64,000 nt of DNA from Thermoanaerobaculia bacterium (lineage in GTDB: Bacteria; Acidobacteriota; Thermoanaerobaculia; Multivoradales; JAHEKO01), in contig JBFGNS010000002.1 of assembly GCA_041574955.1 (NCBI GenBank), positions 6,316 through 70,315 on the forward strand, read 5' to 3'. Under the pieces are notes generated by a model. The model searched no databases and was not told the origin of the DNA. It was given only the letters and a program-made list of their open reading frames with translations. The position numbers and the translations under genes are program-made. Positions within the stretch are counted from its first letter, which is position 1. Each line of letters opens with the position of its first letter. This document shows, one piece after another, positions 61,420 through 64,000 of the stretch.

Positions 61420-61950
61420 TCAGTCGACGCCCGGCGCCCCTCCCGGCGGCCCCTGCCGCCGCTCGCGACGGTGCAGCCGGCGGTGCATGCGGCGCTCGCT
61501 GCGCAGCTCGGTCAGCTCGTCGAGCTGCTCCGGCGTCAGGATCTCGCGCACCGCCTGCGCCCGCCGGGCGCGGGCCACCGCCAGATCGGCCTCCGCCGCC
61601 GCCACCGCGGCGGCCGCGGCGCGCACCGCTGCCTCGTCGAACGGCCCTTGCTCGATCAGCCGGCCGAGCTCACGGCGGGCGGTCAGCAGCCGCTCGCGGG
61701 TGCCGCTGGCCTCCATCTCGGCACGGCTCTGCTCCATCAGCTGGGTGAGCTCGCCGCGCTGCGCGTCGCTCAGGTCGAGCCGCATCGCCAACCGCTCGAG
61801 GCGGGCCTCCGGCCCGGGCGGGCCGAAGCCGCCCTCGCCGGGGCCGGCGCCGCCGGGACCACGGTGCGGGCGGTGGGCAGTGGCCGGCGCGGCCAGCGCG
61901 GCCAGCGCCAGGGCGATCAGCAGACGGTTCAGGTATCGGTTCGGTCTCAT
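61420..61950 (-). CDS. Spy/CpxP family periplasmic protein
   Basis: Signal peptide, RLDLSDAQR, FDEAAVRA, VREILTPEQ (LTxxQ motif). Confidence 0.88.
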   Translation of the reverse strand: MRPNRYLNRLLIALALAALAAPATAHRPHRGPGGAGPGEGGFGPPGPEARLERLAMRLDLSDAQRGELTQLMEQSRAEMEASGTRERLLTARRELGRLIEQGPFDEAAVRAAAAAVAAAEADLAVARARRAQAVREILTPEQLDELTELRSERRMHRRLHRRERRQGPPGGAPGVD

Positions 61951-62000
61951 GCTCGGGCTCTCCTTGCAGTCGTTTGCGGTTTCGGCGCTTCTACCCGTTC

Positions 62001-62027
62001 AGATGCTCGGGTGGCGCGTCCGGTTAC
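62001..62027 (-). promoter_or_regulatory. ECF sigma promoter GTAACC-N16-CATCT driving the Spy-like gene (and possibly RND)
   Basis: Plus strand AGATG at 62001-62005, 16-nt spacer, GGTTAC at 62022-62027; same motif and spacing as the divergent copy. Confidence 0.75.
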
Positions 62028-62112
62028 GCCTTGCCGGCTGGTGCCGCTACACTTCCCACCACACCCGCGGGCGCGGCGAGAGTCGGCCGGGCGGCGAGCA
62101 CCGCCCGCCGGT

Positions 62113-62139
62113 GTAACCGATCCCGCTCCGGCGGCATCT
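62113..62139 (+). promoter_or_regulatory. ECF sigma promoter GTAACC-N16-CATCT driving the sigma/anti-sigma operon
   Basis: GTAACC at 62113-62118, 16-nt spacer, CATCT at 62135-62139, upstream of the ECF gene. Confidence 0.75.
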
Positions 62140-62202
62140 TCAAGAGTGAAGGGAACCGTACCGTTGAGCGTCACCACCCTCCGCCCGGTAGTCTTGATCG
62201 AC

Positions 62203-62745
62203 ATGCAGCGCGCGGCGCAGCCTGCCGAACCGGCTGCCGAGCTGGAGTGGATCGAGGCCAGCAAGCGGGGCGACGGCGACGCTTTCGGCCGGCTGGTCCG
62301 GCAGCACCAGCAGCGCGTCTTCAGGCTCGCCGGCCGCTTCTTCCGACGGCGCGAAGACGTCGAGGACGTCGCCCAGGAGACCTTCCTCACCGCCTGGCGC
62401 AAGCTCGACACCTACGCCGCACGCGCGCCGTTCGAGCACTGGCTGTCGCGCATCTGCCTGCGCCTCTGCTACGCCCGGCTGCGCCGCAAGCGGCCGGACG
62501 AGAGCGCCGAGCTGCGCGAGGTGGCGGCCGGACGGCCGGACCCCGACGCCGGGCTGGACGTCGAGCGGCTGCTCGCCCACCTGGCGCCGGCCGACCGCAT
62601 GGTCCTGGTGCTGCTCGACGGCGAAGGCTGGTCGACCGCCGAGATCGCACGGCGGCTGGGCTGGACGCGGGTGAACGTCAAGGTGCGCGCCCACCGCGCG
62701 CGCGCTCGGCTGCGCAAGCTGGTCGAGCAGGAGCTGCCGCGATGA
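62203..62745 (+). CDS. ECF RNA polymerase sigma factor
   Basis: GDGDAFGRLVRQHQQRVFRLA, DVEDVAQETF, FEHWLSRI, GWSTAEIA, VKVRAHRAR. Confidence 0.93.
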   Translation: MQRAAQPAEPAAELEWIEASKRGDGDAFGRLVRQHQQRVFRLAGRFFRRREDVEDVAQETFLTAWRKLDTYAARAPFEHWLSRICLRLCYARLRRKRPDESAELREVAAGRPDPDAGLDVERLLAHLAPADRMVLVLLDGEGWSTAEIARRLGWTRVNVKVRAHRARARLRKLVEQELPR

Positions 62746-63134
62746 GCTGCCGGGATTTTCGCGAGCTGCTGAGCAGAATATCGGGCCCGGCCCGCGGCTC
62801 GGACGACCAGGCCGCGCTCGCCCGCCACCTCGAGCAGTGCGACGACTGCGCCCGCTTCGCGCGCCGCTGGCACGAGCTGCGGCGCGGTCTGCGGCGGTCG
62901 CCGGCAGTGACGCCCGACGCCGGCTTCGCGGCTCGCGTCGTGGCGCGTCTGCCGGCGCCGCCCGACCCGCTGTCGTGGGCCGCGCTGCGCCTGCTGCCGG
63001 CGTCGGTGGCACTGGTGCTGGCGCTCACCGGCTGGTGCCTGCTGGCGACGCCGCCGCCGACCACCGTGGCCGACGAGCTGGCGGGCGGCGATCTGCTGAC
63101 CTGGGTGGCCGCCGGAGAGGAAAGCGGGCGATGA
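62742..63134 (+). CDS. Zinc-finger (HxxxCxxC) anti-sigma factor with TM segment
   Basis: MSCRDF...RHLEQCDDC motif, C-terminal TM, ATGA overlap with the sigma gene. Confidence 0.88.
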   Translation: MSCRDFRELLSRISGPARGSDDQAALARHLEQCDDCARFARRWHELRRGLRRSPAVTPDAGFAARVVARLPAPPDPLSWAALRLLPASVALVLALTGWCLLATPPPTTVADELAGGDLLTWVAAGEESGR

Positions 63135-63595
63135 AGCGCTGGCAGGCGCTCGCGGCGGTGGCCGGGGTGTTCGTGCTGGGGATCGCCGGCGGCGCCCTGG
63201 GTGCACACCTCTACTACTCCCGCTCGGTCGCCGTGAGGCCGCCCGGCCCGCCGGCCTTCGGTGGTCCGTTCTTCGCCCGCCAGCTCCACCGCCAGCTCGA
63301 CCTGAGCCCCGAGCAGGCACGCGAGATCGACCTCATCCTGGCCGACTCGCGCCGCCAGGCCGAGACGCTCAGGCGCGACATGGCGCCGCGCTTGCGTGCC
63401 GTGATGGAGGACACCAACCGCCGCATCGTCGAGCTGCTCAGCCCCGAGCAGCAGCAGCGCTTCGAGCAGCTTCGCCACCGGCACCGGCGGCGTGCCGAGC
63501 GGTTCCTGCACGGCCGCGGCGGGCCACGCCACCCGCGCCACCAACCGCCGGGCGGTCCGCCGCCACCCGAGCCGCCGCCCGCCAACCCGCCCTAG
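63131..63595 (+). CDS. Periplasmic Spy/CpxP-like (heavy-metal sensor-like) protein
   Basis: N-terminal TM/signal, QLDLSPEQ, LLSPEQQQRF, His/Pro-rich tail; third gene of the ECF operon. Confidence 0.8.
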   Translation: MKRWQALAAVAGVFVLGIAGGALGAHLYYSRSVAVRPPGPPAFGGPFFARQLHRQLDLSPEQAREIDLILADSRRQAETLRRDMAPRLRAVMEDTNRRIVELLSPEQQQRFEQLRHRHRRRAERFLHGRGGPRHPRHQPPGGPPPPEPPPANPP

Positions 63596-63599
63596 CCGG

Positions 63600-64000
63600 C
63601 TAGCCCTCGCCGAGGATCGCGAGCAGCGCCCGCTGGGCCACCGGCGACAGGATCAGCTCGAAGTGCCCGCCGTCGACCTGCACCGGCGCACCCGCCAGGC
63701 TCGCCGTCTCGGCCGGCGACAGCCAGAGCTGGCTAGCCACCGCGGCGTGCCCGTCGCCTGGCGCGTGCAGCCGGCGGGCCAGCCACGGATGGCGGCGCAG
63801 CCAGCGGTCGCCGGCGAACCGCGTCCGCCAGCCCACCCGGCGCGGCTCGAGAACGGCGCGCACCGGGGTCGCGGCGGCGCCGTTCTGCACCAGGTACAGG
63901 CGGGGCGGCGCGACGCCGGGCGTGTCCCGCCGCAGCTGGCGGTGGAACCGGCCGGCGCGGTCGAGCGCTTCCGCCAGCCGCCGCACCCTGTCCTCGTGGC
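63600..64000 (-). CDS. 3' part of a probable alpha/beta hydrolase (lipase/acyltransferase-like); starts beyond the window
   Basis: Frame is open to the window edge; GDG...S and GGHFELI near the C-terminus. Confidence 0.5.
   Translation of the reverse strand, partial: HEDRVRRLAEALDRAGRFHRQLRRDTPGVAPPRLYLVQNGAAATPVRAVLEPRRVGWRTRFAGDRWLRRHPWLARRLHAPGDGHAAVASQLWLSPAETASLAGAPVQVDGGHFELILSPVAQRALLAILGEG

Noticed and set aside
62152-62172. Alternative ECF promoter GGAAC...CGTC
   Set aside because: The spacer is only 12 nt; the GTAACC-N16-CATCT pair fits much better.

Overview
Very GC-rich bacterial chromosomal window, most consistent with an Acidobacteriota (Thermoanaerobaculia-like) genome; this taxon is inferred, not verified. 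It holds about 52 real CDSs, and most of the long ORFs in the supplied track are antisense or alternate-frame shadows. Housekeeping blocks: transglutaminase-like/DUF58/MoxR, murB, recA, NhaC-type antiporter, fadI-CoA transferase-fadJ, DUF502-M48 protease. Transport: a TatT-DctP-DctQM (TPAT-type TRAP) system, an SLC13/TrkA-C permease, and an RND-MFP-RND efflux operon. The efflux operon sits beside an ECF sigma/anti-sigma module with twin divergent GTAACC-N16-CATCT promoters. The accessory-looking middle (15-43 kb) encodes two tandem RoxA/MauG-like dihaem cytochromes c, secreted hydrolases, two ArsR modules, a B12 radical SAM enzyme and a GH25 lysozyme. It also carries a GNAT gene bracketed by a 159-bp duplicated gene 3' end. 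The most notable feature is a copper amine oxidase split into two lipoproteins (N2/N3 domains and catalytic domain) with a non-canonical N-Y-N-Y cofactor motif. A TPR-like/TIR protein lies at 52-53 kb. No rRNA, tRNA, CRISPR array, integrase or transposase was recognised.
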